The notes under the pieces are model-generated. The model did not search any database and had not been told where the DNA came from. It was given only the letters and a program-made list of their open reading frames with translations. This document shows positions 28,260-39,151 of a stretch of DNA of 64,000 nt, piece by piece. Source of the DNA: an uncultured virus (IMG/VR IMGVR_UViG_2651869816_000009). Its lineage: Duplodnaviria; Heunggongvirae; Uroviricota; Caudoviricetes. Position 1 is the first letter of the stretch. The number at the start of each line of letters is the position of its first letter. The stretch lies in IMG/VR virus record IMGVR_UViG_2651869816_000009, one strand, 5' to 3'. Made by a program: the position numbers and the translations under genes.

Positions 28260-28347
28260 TCAGCCCTCACCAATCGGGCTTTTACGGGCAGCAGGGCCCC
28301 ACCTAACTTCTTTTCTTTCGTTGAATTTTGAGGTGGGGTCTTACTGC
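28244..28347 (-). repeat. bcr1 repeat (internally deleted copy)
   Basis: AAAGTGAAACTTTAATCAG...CCCTCACCAATCGGGCTTTTACGGGCAG...CCCACCTAACTTC...AATTTTGAGGTGGGGTCTTACTGC. Confidence 0.8.
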
Positions 28348-28528
28348 ATGGCAAATAGCAAGATTAAAAGATGAAGTAAATCGGTAACATAAAAAAGACA
28401 CTAGTACACACTAGGATCTTTTTTATAGCGTTGTTTTTATAGTATTTTAATTTACAGCCATCATACTAAAAAGAATCGCTTTCCAAGTTCTTATTTTTAA
28501 TGATATTACATAAAGAATTGAGAGATTA

Positions 28529-29467
28529 TTATCTAAGAGCCTTAACTATAACTTTAGTTGCCTCTGCAATGAGTTGATTATCATAGGTTGCCTCTTTCTC
28601 ATCTTTACTAGATAAAATTACGATGATAATTGGTGCTCTATTTGGAGGCCAAACGATAGCAATATCATTTCTTGTCCCGTAACTACCAGCACCTGATTTA
28701 TCTCCAACTACCCAGTCAGTTGGTACGCCTGCACGAATAAGTTTGTCCCCTGTAGCATTTCCTTTCATCCACTCTGTAAGAATTTTACGTTTTTCAGCTG
28801 GAAGTGCATTTCCGACCGTAAAAGCTTTAAGATTCATAGCAATAGCTTTCGCTGTACTAGTGTCACGAATGTCTCCTGGAATAGCTTCGTTTAATTCTGT
28901 TTCAAAGCGATCAGACATAGTAATCCGATCCCCCATATGCCTAAGCGCTTTTTCATATCCTTTAGGTCCGCCTATTTTATTAAATAAAATGTTCCCTGCA
29001 GTATTATCACTTGAACGAACAGCAGCCTCAGCAATTTCTCCTAGTTTCATTCCAGTATCTACATGTTTCTCTGTAACAGGTGAATAATCCACTAAGTCTT
29101 CTTTCGTAAATGTAATTACTTCATTTAATGTATCAATTGAGTTTTGCTGTAGTAATACTCCTGCTGCTAAAGCCTTGTAGGTTGATGCGAAGGCAAATCT
29201 TTCGTTAGATCGATAAGAGATTGTTTGATTTGTACCAGTATCAATCGCATATACACCTACTCGAGCATCAAATTTTTTCTCAAGTTGTGAGAACTCTTTA
29301 TGCGTCGCCTGATTTTTATGTTTCACTTGTCCAGTCTTTTCTTTCGCTTCAACTTGCAGTGCCCCTCCTGTAAAAGCTTCTAGGCTTGTAATACTTAAAC
29401 CTAATATACCAACGCATATTCCTATTTTTAGCATCCTCTTATTTTTCAAAATCATCATTCCTTCCAA
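28529..29467 (-). CDS. bla1: Class A beta-lactamase I
   Basis: STYK, SDN, E166 loop (DRFETELN) and DKSG motifs; signal peptide. Confidence 0.95.
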   Translation of the reverse strand: MEGMMILKNKRMLKIGICVGILGLSITSLEAFTGGALQVEAKEKTGQVKHKNQATHKEFSQLEKKFDARVGVYAIDTGTNQTISYRSNERFAFASTYKALAAGVLLQQNSIDTLNEVITFTKEDLVDYSPVTEKHVDTGMKLGEIAEAAVRSSDNTAGNILFNKIGGPKGYEKALRHMGDRITMSDRFETELNEAIPGDIRDTSTAKAIAMNLKAFTVGNALPAEKRKILTEWMKGNATGDKLIRAGVPTDWVVGDKSGAGSYGTRNDIAIVWPPNRAPIIIVILSSKDEKEATYDNQLIAEATKVIVKALR

Positions 29468-29498
29468 ATTTTTAGCACCTTTTTATACGTACACATAA

Positions 29499-29528
29499 TA
29501 GACAATCACCGAACCAAATTTGTTCCAC
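29499..29528 (-). promoter_or_regulatory. ECF (SigP-type) promoter of bla1
   Basis: GTGGAACAAA...GTCTA on the minus strand. Confidence 0.55.
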
Positions 29529-29673
29529 AAACTAAAAAAATTATAGCTAGTATGAGAGTTATTAACAAAATAAGAGATAGTAGCTACGACGCCTCTATCT
29601 CTTATTTCATATTTCATTTTTTTACTTATAAATGGCTTTATATGAACAGGGTCTCTTCCCTGAGAAAAGTACT

Positions 29674-31065
29674 CTAATTTTGCTTAGAACTACCTGTACT
29701 AGTAGTTTCACCATGTATACGTTGCTGTTTCAAATCAAAGTATGCATCTAATACTTCCTTTCCAATTATAGAATTAATTCCATTTTTATCATCATGAAGC
29801 CATGGAACTACTACGGAAAATGCTACTTCTGGATTATCATATGGAGCATATCCAACTAACGTTAAGTTGTAACATTCCATACGTTCTCCTTTTGCATTTC
29901 TACCAATCGGGTCATCTCCACCATATACAGTTTGGGCTGTTCCTGTCTTTCCTGCTGGTTTATATGGCGCGTTTTTGAAATATTTCACGCCAGTTCCATC
30001 ACCTTCTTGGAATACCCATCTAAACCCTTCTTTTATCCGATCAATATGTTCTTTCTTCATATCAATTCGATTTAATACGACAGGCTCTATGGAACGTATA
30101 ACTTTGCCAACCTCTTCTTTTATTGATTGTTCTCGTATTTCTTGTACAATTTGAGGTTGCATTCTATAACCACCATTCGCAATCGTTGAAATATATTGCG
30201 CTAATTGCAACGGCGTATACGTATCATACTGACCGATAGAAAAATCTAGTAAAAACCCAGGTTGACTATCTACTTTTCTCGTTTGTCCAATTATTTCATT
30301 CGGTAAATCAATACCTGTTGGGACACCTAAACCAAATTGCTTGAAATAATAGCGCATCGTATCAAATGCTCCTTGTTTAATATCCAATGAGCCATTTGGT
30401 ACGTAATTGACCCCCGCAATTTTTAAAGCTGTCTGGAACATGTATACATTCGAAGATACTTGTAAAGCCCGTAAATCATTAATATTACCAAATCCGGATA
30501 CATTCCACGATTTCTTAGCTTGTGTACCTTTAAATTTCATCGGCGCGTCATAAAATTGATCTCCTGGATGTATTGCCCCTGTCTCATATCCAGTTAATAA
30601 AGTAGCACCTTTTACAGCTGACCCTAGCTCATACGAAGTTGTCATGTTTCCTAATGCCAAATCCTCAACCTCTATTTTCCCTTCTTTTTCTACAATCTTT
30701 TTGCCTGCCATCGATAAAATTTGTCCGTTATTTGGATTCGTCATGACAACAAAAGCTCGATCGAGCAGTGGCTCTGAACTCTTAAAAGCTCTCAAGTTTT
30801 TTTCTATACTTTCTTCCACTTTCTTTTGTAATTCCATATCAATCGTTAATGTTAAACTATTACCACTTTTTCCTTTAGAGATTATTTCTGTGCTAACAAT
30901 GTTTCCTAATTTATCAGTAATATTTTTTACTTCTTCTTTTGTGCCGTGTAATACATCTTCATATCGTTGTTCAATATAACTTTTTCCAACACGATCATTA
31001 CGGTTATATCCACGTACTAAATAAGAATCTAAATTTTCTTTCGGTAATCCTTCTTCACTACTAAG
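29674..31065 (-). pseudogene. 3' part of a class B penicillin-binding protein gene split by prophage 2
   Basis: SAVK, SSN and KTGT motifs and partial dimerization domain (GKSYIEQRYE); no membrane anchor; apparent ATG at 31095 lies in a phage terminator. Confidence 0.85.
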
Positions 31066-31114
31066 TGTTATATTAACCCAAAAAAGAGCCTTCATTATGA
31101 AGACTCTTTTTCTT

Positions 31115-31924
31115 TTATTTAAATGATCCCCAATAATCTACACGTTTTCCGTTTGCGCTCTCACCAGTTGCCATGTAACCATATGTTCCATTTGCTCGTG
31201 GTTGTCTGATCCAAACGTGACCATCTAACTCAATGCCGTATCCATCATATGAAACTGATTGACCTTTTGAAAGAGTCGCGATCAACGGCGCGTTACTAAA
31301 TGGAGCCGTACGCAAATTGATAGTTGTATTCAATGTAAATGTTCCGCGCTCTTTAGTAAACCAACTAGAATCATATTGTCCAGATGGTAGTTGTGGTTCG
31401 GGTTGTGGAATCGGAGTTGGTGGCACGTAATCGCCAGAAACTAATTGTTGTTTAAACCATCCTACACGGCCCTCGGCTAGCATACGATGTGGACAATATT
31501 TTCCGTTTCGTTCTTGGTGTGTTTTAACGCGTTCGATCGGAATGTTAAATTGATCCATTAACTGTCTAATAACAATGATTGCATTTCGTACAGCTTGTTC
31601 ATAACGCGGGCCACCAGATTTTGAATAACAGATTTCAACGCCGATTGAATGGCGGTTACCGCGTCCGTTTGCGCCGTCTCCAGCGTGCCATGCATTGCGG
31701 TTGAATGGAATTAATTGAATTGCTTCTTTATCATCTACAGCAATGTGAAAACTTGTACCTTGTGAGTTGTTAGCTACGTTGTTACGTTCGTTTATAGCTG
31801 GTGCATCATTATAAGTATTATGGAAAGTAATTTCCGTTGGTGTCATCGGATTAGGACACAATAATTCATATTTATATTCTGGTACTAACATTTGTTTGAT
31901 TTGCATGTAATCAACCTCTCTCAT
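31115..31924 (-). CDS. Endolysin (Amidase_2 plus SH3_5)
   Basis: ITFHNT, AWHAGDG, KYCPH; C-terminal YDGY...HVWI...YWGSFK. Confidence 0.93.
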   Translation of the reverse strand: MREVDYMQIKQMLVPEYKYELLCPNPMTPTEITFHNTYNDAPAINERNNVANNSQGTSFHIAVDDKEAIQLIPFNRNAWHAGDGANGRGNRHSIGVEICYSKSGGPRYEQAVRNAIIVIRQLMDQFNIPIERVKTHQERNGKYCPHRMLAEGRVGWFKQQLVSGDYVPPTPIPQPEPQLPSGQYDSSWFTKERGTFTLNTTINLRTAPFSNAPLIATLSKGQSVSYDGYGIELDGHVWIRQPRANGTYGYMATGESANGKRVDYWGSFK

Positions 31925-31964
31925 ATTGTTTAATAGAATTGGATTTTAGCGCATTGATATTGAA

Positions 31965-32252
31965 TCAATGCACCTCGTCCACTTCTCTTTCTTTCGTTTT
32001 AATTTGTAATATATGTTTAATCTCGCCAATATCTCGAATTGATTCGGCTTGTTGTTTCATAATATCTTGATTATCTCTAATGACTGTTACATATTCTTTT
32101 TCTCGTTCGACACCTCTTTCGATAGTGCTTTCTAACTTTTCCTCCCTTATCTCGTTACGCTTTAAAACATAGCGGAAAAGCCAGGCGAACCCACCGATAC
32201 ACAAGCCGACAACACCACCGCTTGCAAGTTGCTCCATGATGAAATTTTCCAT
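31965..32252 (-). CDS. BhlA/UviB-like holin
   Basis: N-terminal TM, YVLKRNEIREEK, coiled coil. Confidence 0.75.
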   Translation of the reverse strand: MENFIMEQLASGGVVGLCIGGFAWLFRYVLKRNEIREEKLESTIERGVEREKEYVTVIRDNQDIMKQQAESIRDIGEIKHILQIKTKEREVDEVH

Positions 32253-32261
32253 TTTAGTTTC

Positions 32262-35200
32262 TCATTCCTTTCCTAGTAATTCTAACACTTGTTCCAACTT
32301 AGTTTCTAGATTGGAAATTCTATCGTTTTGAGTTTTGATAGTGTCATTTTGAGTTTCTATAACTCTTTCAGCCACTATTAAACGGCGGTTAATGTTTTGA
32401 GTTGCGTCAATGTGTATCGCTGAAATGGCGTACATATCCATTGCGTCACCTTTAGGGACTTGGAATACTGGGTCTGTCTTCTCAACAATGAAACCGTAAC
32501 TAATATTTATGTCAGCATAAGTCGGTACTGGTGATCCTGGTTCTCTGTTGGCTCTCATTTCATACAATCTTTCAATCTCTGTTTTCATATAGAATGATTT
32601 CAGATCAAGGGCCATAATCTTTTCTAAAGAATCAAATTTAACATCTTTGACACCTGTTTTTAATTTGCCTTGTGATACCTGGCTTATACGACCATAGTGT
32701 TTTACGTCCCTTACTTCCAGGTCACGGAATGCTGTACCGTTATAATTTTTAACTTGCATGTTACCAGTGTATCCAGAAACATTAGAAGACCTTAATACAA
32801 TATCAGTACCGAATTTAATGTCAGCGTCGTTCGGATTGTTTACATTGAATGTAATACCAGCATGATTAGAGCCGTTCTTGCCAAACTCAAACGTACCGTT
32901 TCCAGATTTGTACCATTGTGTATTATTAGATTTAACCCATACTTGATGATGTGCCATTACATCAAAGTTGTATGTAGATGTGAAATTGATATTGCTGGCG
33001 CCGTCTGTCCAGTTTGTAAGAAAATCGAATGGGCCGTTTGTTTCAAATCTCATATGTGTGTTGCTTCTAAATTGCATATTACCCCAACAATGGTGCAATA
33101 AATGTCCACCGTCGCGCTGGAATTCGATAGATGCGTTCATTAATAGATTTCCGTTTTCTGTACGATGAACCATACCTATGCGACCAAACGATTTCCCGTA
33201 ATCATTACCGCCTGGCGTTGTTTGGTGGAATACCATAGCCCCTAATAAATCACCTACAGAACCCTTACCAAGTACAACGGTAGGTTGCACATCATTACCA
33301 GTATCATAAAAACCGTAGTACATGCGGTTAACGCCTTTGTCATACAAATTGATATGCTGTTCATTCAATTCAACCCATCTTTGTTTTCCAGACGGCGCTG
33401 TTTTGATGCGTACACCTTCTAAAACAGACCCTTTAATATGTTGGGCCGTAACAAAACCGATCAAATTAATTCGTCTAGCTTCGATCGAAATTGTTTCTTT
33501 AGACATGTTGATCTTTGAAATAATATCATTCTCTTTTACTGATAGACTGATATTTCTTTCGTTCACTAGAATTTTAGATTCTAACGTTTTTACGTGCGAT
33601 TCTTTGGCAAATGTTCCATCGGCTTCTTGTTTCGTGTATACCTTGTTCGCGTCAGCTTTTATTTCAATTCCTTCTTTGTTCGCCTTGATCTCTCTGTTGA
33701 TCTGGGTAACAACTTTGTTAAACTCTTCTGTTGCGATACGAGTTGCAATATCTTCTCTTAAAGCATCAACGTCAGCAATGTCAGCAGGGTTAACCTGGAA
33801 TTCACTAGCAACCTTACCACGCTGTAACATAGGCATACCGACACGCAAACGGCCATTCCTTTGAACATAGTATCTCCATGTTACATTTACTGTTGTAGCT
33901 TCTGTTTTCATGGTTAATTCCGCTCTTTGCCATGTTTGTTGTGCTTTTAATTGGATTCTATCTGTTTTTATTCTTGTTCCAGCGCTGTTCCATTGTTCTA
34001 ACTCCATGTAAGCGCCGTTATCAATTGATCCAGGGTTATCAGTAGCGAACCAACATGAACCAACAAAATCTTCACCACCTTGACACGGGTATCTATTAGA
34101 AATAGCACCTTGCCAATCATCAGCAGTTCGCCCCGTTTTATCGCTCCAGAATGTATTGAAAGACCTGTACTTAGAATCTGTAATCGTTGTCCCTGGTGTA
34201 ACTCCAAAATAAGGTGTCTTCAGACCTGTTTTTAAATCGGCGTTACGTAAAACATTTGTCATGCCAACACCAGCAACATAATCTTCTACCTGTTTAGATG
34301 TCATTTTTGCGCTTATTTCGTCAGACAATTGTTTCATTTGTGTTTCTGAACTTGTGATCTGTTGGCCATGTTTAGTTGTTAACTCTGTAAGGTTTTTCAC
34401 GTTTGACTTAATCCCGTCAGCGTCTTTCGTGATCTCTGTCACTTTCTGATTGAATGACGTTTCTTTCACTCCGTCTTCTGGTGAAGGCGCAAACGATTTT
34501 GGCATTGATCCTTTTAACACGGATACATTTTTGAAGTAGCACTCACTACCATCAGCAGAACGATCGCCATAAACATACAAACTAAAACCTTTTTTCATTT
34601 CTGATTTATCATGTAATTTCATTGTTGCATGAACACGAACCCACTTTTTAACAGGGTTGATCGTCAATTCTGGCGTACCCCCACTATGAAAGCCCATTGA
34701 ATTGTTACCCTCGATGAAGTGGTGTAATCCTACCGCTATTTTGTTGTTCGCCGTTTCTGTCCAAACATCTAAGGCGACTGTGTATGTATCACCTGGCTGG
34801 AAATCGTTTCGGAAACTAGCTGGCATCTCTTGTGGCATTCCGAGCCACCTTTTAGCCATTCCAAATTGACCATTTTTGTTAATGACAGCAACTACAGGAT
34901 AACCGAACTTTTTATCATTAACGTGCATGTGATAACCCTTTGTAGGGTTTGTTGTTCCAGCATTATAACCAGGCGACCAATTGCCAGCGCGCAAATTACC
35001 GTTTAGGGCCTTGTCCCACTGTAGGCCATCATCAGCCCAATAGTGCGTAAAGTCCCCGTTACGTACATAGTTACGATCACCAGCGTCATTAACGATAGAT
35101 TCCGTTTTCTCAATACGTTCTTTTACGCCGTTGAAACTTTGTTCTAATTCATAAGTTGACTTTGAAAAGTCTGTAGGTATTGATCCTTTTTCAAGTTTTG

Positions 35201-37622
35201 CTTTTTTCATACGCAATCTTTTACCTACAGAATTTGCGTTTCTAGCAAACCTTATTCTTAATCCCCAGCCTGTGGCTTTCGGATCAATTTTAAACGTCCA
35301 TGACTCACGCTTCCATGCACTTGATGCGGGTATCCCTTTTTGCACATTCTCATTCCATACACCGTTGATAAATTGAAATAATAAAAAGTCAACTTGATAA
35401 TCATTTTGCATATCAATAGATATAGTCATATCTGTATCTTTTTCAAAGTCACCCATTTTTGTGTTATCTAAATGGAATTGATAGAAAGAGTCAGTATGAT
35501 CCGAACATTCTAATACAATGTATTCACCAGGCTGTACGATGAATTTAGCTTTATTTACTTGAGCACCGCCGATCATACCAATTGTTTGTGGTTTTTCGTT
35601 TGGGCCTGTATTAATCAGCCAATTTTCAACACCAACCGTGCGCGCTTCTACTTTTTCTAGTTTAGTAGAAATTTTGCCAGCCTCTTCTTTTATTTCGGAT
35701 GTTTCTTTTTTTAGTTCACTAATTCCAGTCCCTAGACTGTCTGTGTCTTTTTCAACTTTCTGGATCAACTTTTTATTTCCGTCCACTGTACTCTCTAAAG
35801 TATTTAGTTTTTGAGATTGCCCACTTAAACTTTTGTTCACTTCAGAAATAGAATTTGAGATACCATTGATCGACTGTTGTTGTTTAACTGTCGTTTCTTT
35901 TAATTCACTATCTGTTTTCTTTAGTTGTGATACCTCTTGTGTGAACCCATCCAAGGTTTTTCCGATCAATACTATGTTTTCCTCTATCTTAGACGCGTCA
36001 CCTTTGATTTGTCGAATACTTTCTTGCGTGCCCTTGTCATTCTCTACTAATTCTTTTGTGATCCTGTCAAGGGACTCTTGTGAGCCTTTAAGCGTTCCGA
36101 ATTCTTTTTCTAGTTCGCCAGCTTTTTTCTCCATGTTTTGTACATCTTTGTTTAATTGATTTGTCGTAGCTTGTACATCTTTTTGTACCTGGTCACGAAT
36201 TTGTTTTTCTAGTCCGCTAAAATCTTCATTAACATTTTCCCATTTACCACCACGGTATATTTTAAGGATTCCAGGTTTTCCGTTTGAAGTGTCCAACCAC
36301 AAAGACTTTCCTTCTCTTAATCCTTCTGTTGGCGGGTTTGGCCCGTCGTGGATCGTTACAGAATTTTGAGTAACCATTTCTTCTAACTTTTCTGTTATCT
36401 CTGTTACACGTTGATTAGTTTCGACAACTTCAGTTATTTTCTTTTCTTGTTCCTGTACAAGTTTATTAAGTTGATCTAATAGAGGTTTACCCGCCTTATT
36501 TTCAAGTAATCCTTGCACACGGTTATACATTTTTCGCATTTCAGCGTCATAGTCAACGATCTCGTGATATTCACCAAATGTATAACTATTTCTATCTGGG
36601 TTACTGTTCGACTCCTTACCGCCAATCGCTCGCGCTTCTAAATACAATGCAGGTGTAAACGCCGTGTCTTTAATGCCGATTGTGTCACCCTTCATGATCA
36701 ATTCATGACGTAAGCCAAACACTTCGGCAATGTCAATCGCGTCTACTTCATATCCGACTGAAGAATTCTTTCTTTTCTCCATTTCGGTTTTCATAAGAGT
36801 CATAAGACGTTTTGCGTCAATTTCTCCTTCTGTTTCTGGTTGATAGAAACCGTATTTATGTTGACCGTTCTCACTCCAGCGCTGAAATGCTTCATTATCA
36901 ACAATGTAAGGAGCGCCGTTGTTGATGCCCTCAATTGTGATCACCTCGTTATCTTGACCGCGTGCGAAACCTAATAATGCAGTGCAGATATTCTTTGTGT
37001 GTTCAATACGTGTAACGTTGATTAAGTCTTTACCTAGTTCAACCTCTTTGCGAGTGACACGACCAACCTTTTCGATTAAATCAACATACCAGCCAGTGAT
37101 AGTTGATCCCTCAACCTCTACACGATATTGCAACTCTTTGTTAAATAAAGTTGCCGTTTTCTTTAATAGAGTTAGAGGATCGGTGAACTCGTCTAATGTC
37201 ATTGTTCTAAATGATGCATAATCAATGTTGCCTGGTTGCCATTTAGTTCCTTTAGTTGCTAGCGCTACATATTGATGTGCTGTAAGACCTTCTAACTTTT
37301 GCGGACGTATAAATCCAGCCTTCCTTAACCCTGTCCATGATCCGACCGCCCTAACTGTGATAGAACGATCTTTTGCCGTTTTTTCAACTTCGTCTTCAAT
37401 AGTGTATGGAATTACATTTCCTTGTCGATCCTGGCGCAATACCAGGTTTTGTTGTTGTAACGTCACTGATTGGCGCGTCCCGTCAAAGACTTTGAATTCT
37501 AGAATGTCAACATTGTTTTTTAATTCCCATTCTCGCACATCATCCCAATAGTCTTGATCCTGGAATGTAGCCACGATGGATTGTGTTTTAAAGTCTATTA
37601 TGTGCAGTTCTGTATTTTGCAT
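32262..37622 (-). CDS. Tail spike/Tal fusion protein with CBM-like repeats and C-terminal chaperone
   Basis: Prophage tail endopeptidase-like N-terminus, coiled coil, three CBM-like modules (KLEKGSIPTDF-type ends), Peptidase_S74-like end. Confidence 0.85.
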   Translation of the reverse strand: MQNTELHIIDFKTQSIVATFQDQDYWDDVREWELKNNVDILEFKVFDGTRQSVTLQQQNLVLRQDRQGNVIPYTIEDEVEKTAKDRSITVRAVGSWTGLRKAGFIRPQKLEGLTAHQYVALATKGTKWQPGNIDYASFRTMTLDEFTDPLTLLKKTATLFNKELQYRVEVEGSTITGWYVDLIEKVGRVTRKEVELGKDLINVTRIEHTKNICTALLGFARGQDNEVITIEGINNGAPYIVDNEAFQRWSENGQHKYGFYQPETEGEIDAKRLMTLMKTEMEKRKNSSVGYEVDAIDIAEVFGLRHELIMKGDTIGIKDTAFTPALYLEARAIGGKESNSNPDRNSYTFGEYHEIVDYDAEMRKMYNRVQGLLENKAGKPLLDQLNKLVQEQEKKITEVVETNQRVTEITEKLEEMVTQNSVTIHDGPNPPTEGLREGKSLWLDTSNGKPGILKIYRGGKWENVNEDFSGLEKQIRDQVQKDVQATTNQLNKDVQNMEKKAGELEKEFGTLKGSQESLDRITKELVENDKGTQESIRQIKGDASKIEENIVLIGKTLDGFTQEVSQLKKTDSELKETTVKQQQSINGISNSISEVNKSLSGQSQKLNTLESTVDGNKKLIQKVEKDTDSLGTGISELKKETSEIKEEAGKISTKLEKVEARTVGVENWLINTGPNEKPQTIGMIGGAQVNKAKFIVQPGEYIVLECSDHTDSFYQFHLDNTKMGDFEKDTDMTISIDMQNDYQVDFLLFQFINGVWNENVQKGIPASSAWKRESWTFKIDPKATGWGLRIRFARNANSVGKRLRMKKAKLEKGSIPTDFSKSTYELEQSFNGVKERIEKTESIVNDAGDRNYVRNGDFTHYWADDGLQWDKALNGNLRAGNWSPGYNAGTTNPTKGYHMHVNDKKFGYPVVAVINKNGQFGMAKRWLGMPQEMPASFRNDFQPGDTYTVALDVWTETANNKIAVGLHHFIEGNNSMGFHSGGTPELTINPVKKWVRVHATMKLHDKSEMKKGFSLYVYGDRSADGSECYFKNVSVLKGSMPKSFAPSPEDGVKETSFNQKVTEITKDADGIKSNVKNLTELTTKHGQQITSSETQMKQLSDEISAKMTSKQVEDYVAGVGMTNVLRNADLKTGLKTPYFGVTPGTTITDSKYRSFNTFWSDKTGRTADDWQGAISNRYPCQGGEDFVGSCWFATDNPGSIDNGAYMELEQWNSAGTRIKTDRIQLKAQQTWQRAELTMKTEATTVNVTWRYYVQRNGRLRVGMPMLQRGKVASEFQVNPADIADVDALREDIATRIATEEFNKVVTQINREIKANKEGIEIKADANKVYTKQEADGTFAKESHVKTLESKILVNERNISLSVKENDIISKINMSKETISIEARRINLIGFVTAQHIKGSVLEGVRIKTAPSGKQRWVELNEQHINLYDKGVNRMYYGFYDTGNDVQPTVVLGKGSVGDLLGAMVFHQTTPGGNDYGKSFGRIGMVHRTENGNLLMNASIEFQRDGGHLLHHCWGNMQFRSNTHMRFETNGPFDFLTNWTDGASNINFTSTYNFDVMAHHQVWVKSNNTQWYKSGNGTFEFGKNGSNHAGITFNVNNPNDADIKFGTDIVLRSSNVSGYTGNMQVKNYNGTAFRDLEVRDVKHYGRISQVSQGKLKTGVKDVKFDSLEKIMALDLKSFYMKTEIERLYEMRANREPGSPVPTYADINISYGFIVEKTDPVFQVPKGDAMDMYAISAIHIDATQNINRRLIVAERVIETQNDTIKTQNDRISNLETKLEQVLELLGKE

Positions 37623-37625
37623 TTA

Positions 37626-39140
37626 TTATCTGTACCTCTCTCTATATGTTACTTTTCCCTTTATGTCTGGTGGCATAATTGAAAGTCTGTTTTCACCTCT
37701 TATGATCTTAGGGAATGAACTAAAAATATCTTTAGCGGAAATAGCGTCCGTTCCGTTGATTGTAACAAGTGAACGCTCTGTATCTATTATAACTTTGTCG
37801 CCAATGTCCAGCAAAAAAGGCTTCCCGCCGTTTGGCACTTTGTTGACCTTCCAAATTTTAAGATCGTCAATTCTCATGAGATCGACTGGCGCATTATCTT
37901 GCCAACGTTGAATACCTATAGCTACCTGGGCCACTCTTCTTCCCGTTACTGTCATAGGATTATTTTCATCATCAGTAAAGTATTGCACCGCGCTAGCATC
38001 GTCTATTTCTGTTCCGCTTCTGAATCTAGCAAAGTATACAGACCACGTTCTACCCCGTCTAGCGATTGATATACGACCGTAAAAATTGTTGAAAGCAGTA
38101 TTGCCGTTACCGCCAGAATCAAACATTTTCCTAGTGTTATTCGGTTGACTTTTGTTTCCAATAACAGCATAACCGTGTGTTCTCTCTACAGTCCAATAAA
38201 GATCGTTCATGTTAATGTCGGCGACAAGTTCGCCCTGTTCATCTAGTAAGAACAATGAAATGCGCCCCATTTCATAGAAGTTTTTAGCTTTCAGCGTCAC
38301 ATATGCTTCAACTTTAAAGTCAGTAAGCGGGCCACCTGGTATTGATCGTTTTAGGATGGGGCCTGTAAATGATCTGTCTTTCGGTGGGCCAAAATCTTCA
38401 ACTTCAAATGCGTATCGCCCTTCATTCACTTTAAATTTACCTGTGCTTTCCATTCCTGGTACTGTTTTACCCGCGTCAGTCCATCCGACTAAATTATTCA
38501 TTTCATCCCATAACACGCGCTCATTTTCTTGTACTGGCTTATCTTCAATTGACATAGGTTGACCAATGCGGAAATACTGGCGTTCGTTAGGGTATTTTCC
38601 AAACCATACATCAAGGTTTGTCGCTGGTTTCGTCATTTCTAATTCAATGATCGGCTTTGCTTCTATAGTGCCTTTATTTGTGAAATATGCGTTTTGTTCC
38701 GACGATGAATCTTGTTTGAATTCTACATTTTGTGTTTTTCCTAATTTGTAGGGCATAGGGCATATAAATTTCAAAACACCTTGTCCAATATCGACTAATT
38801 GGTTTGGATCAAGTTCATCATCAATAACAGCTAAATAAGTACGTTCTTTTTCATCATCGAAAATTAATTCGGCTGGTTGATCTGTATAAAGCCAATCGGC
38901 CAATTCTTCTTTTAATTTTTCGCCTTGTTCCGATGTCTCATAAATAAATGCTACAGGTATTAAAATTTCTCTCATTTTCGTTTCTGTACGCAATAAACGA
39001 CCGCCAGGGTAATGCGGTACTTCTAAGAATGTTCGTTCAATAGGGGCCCATGCAGGACGTTTAACGCCCTGTAATGGAATCACCTTGTCATTTCTTTTTC
39101 CGTTAAAACTAAAGAATGCTAATTTATCAAAACACTTCAT
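37626..39140 (-). CDS. Distal tail (Dit) protein
   Basis: FSFNG...ELIFDDE...FICPMPY...YRERY. Confidence 0.85.
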   Translation of the reverse strand: MKCFDKLAFFSFNGKRNDKVIPLQGVKRPAWAPIERTFLEVPHYPGGRLLRTETKMREILIPVAFIYETSEQGEKLKEELADWLYTDQPAELIFDDEKERTYLAVIDDELDPNQLVDIGQGVLKFICPMPYKLGKTQNVEFKQDSSSEQNAYFTNKGTIEAKPIIELEMTKPATNLDVWFGKYPNERQYFRIGQPMSIEDKPVQENERVLWDEMNNLVGWTDAGKTVPGMESTGKFKVNEGRYAFEVEDFGPPKDRSFTGPILKRSIPGGPLTDFKVEAYVTLKAKNFYEMGRISLFLLDEQGELVADINMNDLYWTVERTHGYAVIGNKSQPNNTRKMFDSGGNGNTAFNNFYGRISIARRGRTWSVYFARFRSGTEIDDASAVQYFTDDENNPMTVTGRRVAQVAIGIQRWQDNAPVDLMRIDDLKIWKVNKVPNGGKPFLLDIGDKVIIDTERSLVTINGTDAISAKDIFSSFPKIIRGENRLSIMPPDIKGKVTYRERYR

Positions 39141-39151
39141 TCTTTCACCTC

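Noticed and set aside
31065..31095. ATG at 31095 as a true PBP start
   Set aside because: It lies in the phage terminator loop, has no RBS and gives no membrane anchor.
32262..37622. Diversity-generating retroelement or shufflon acting on the tail spike
   Set aside because: No reverse transcriptase, no template/variable repeat pair and no inverted tail cassettes seen in the window.
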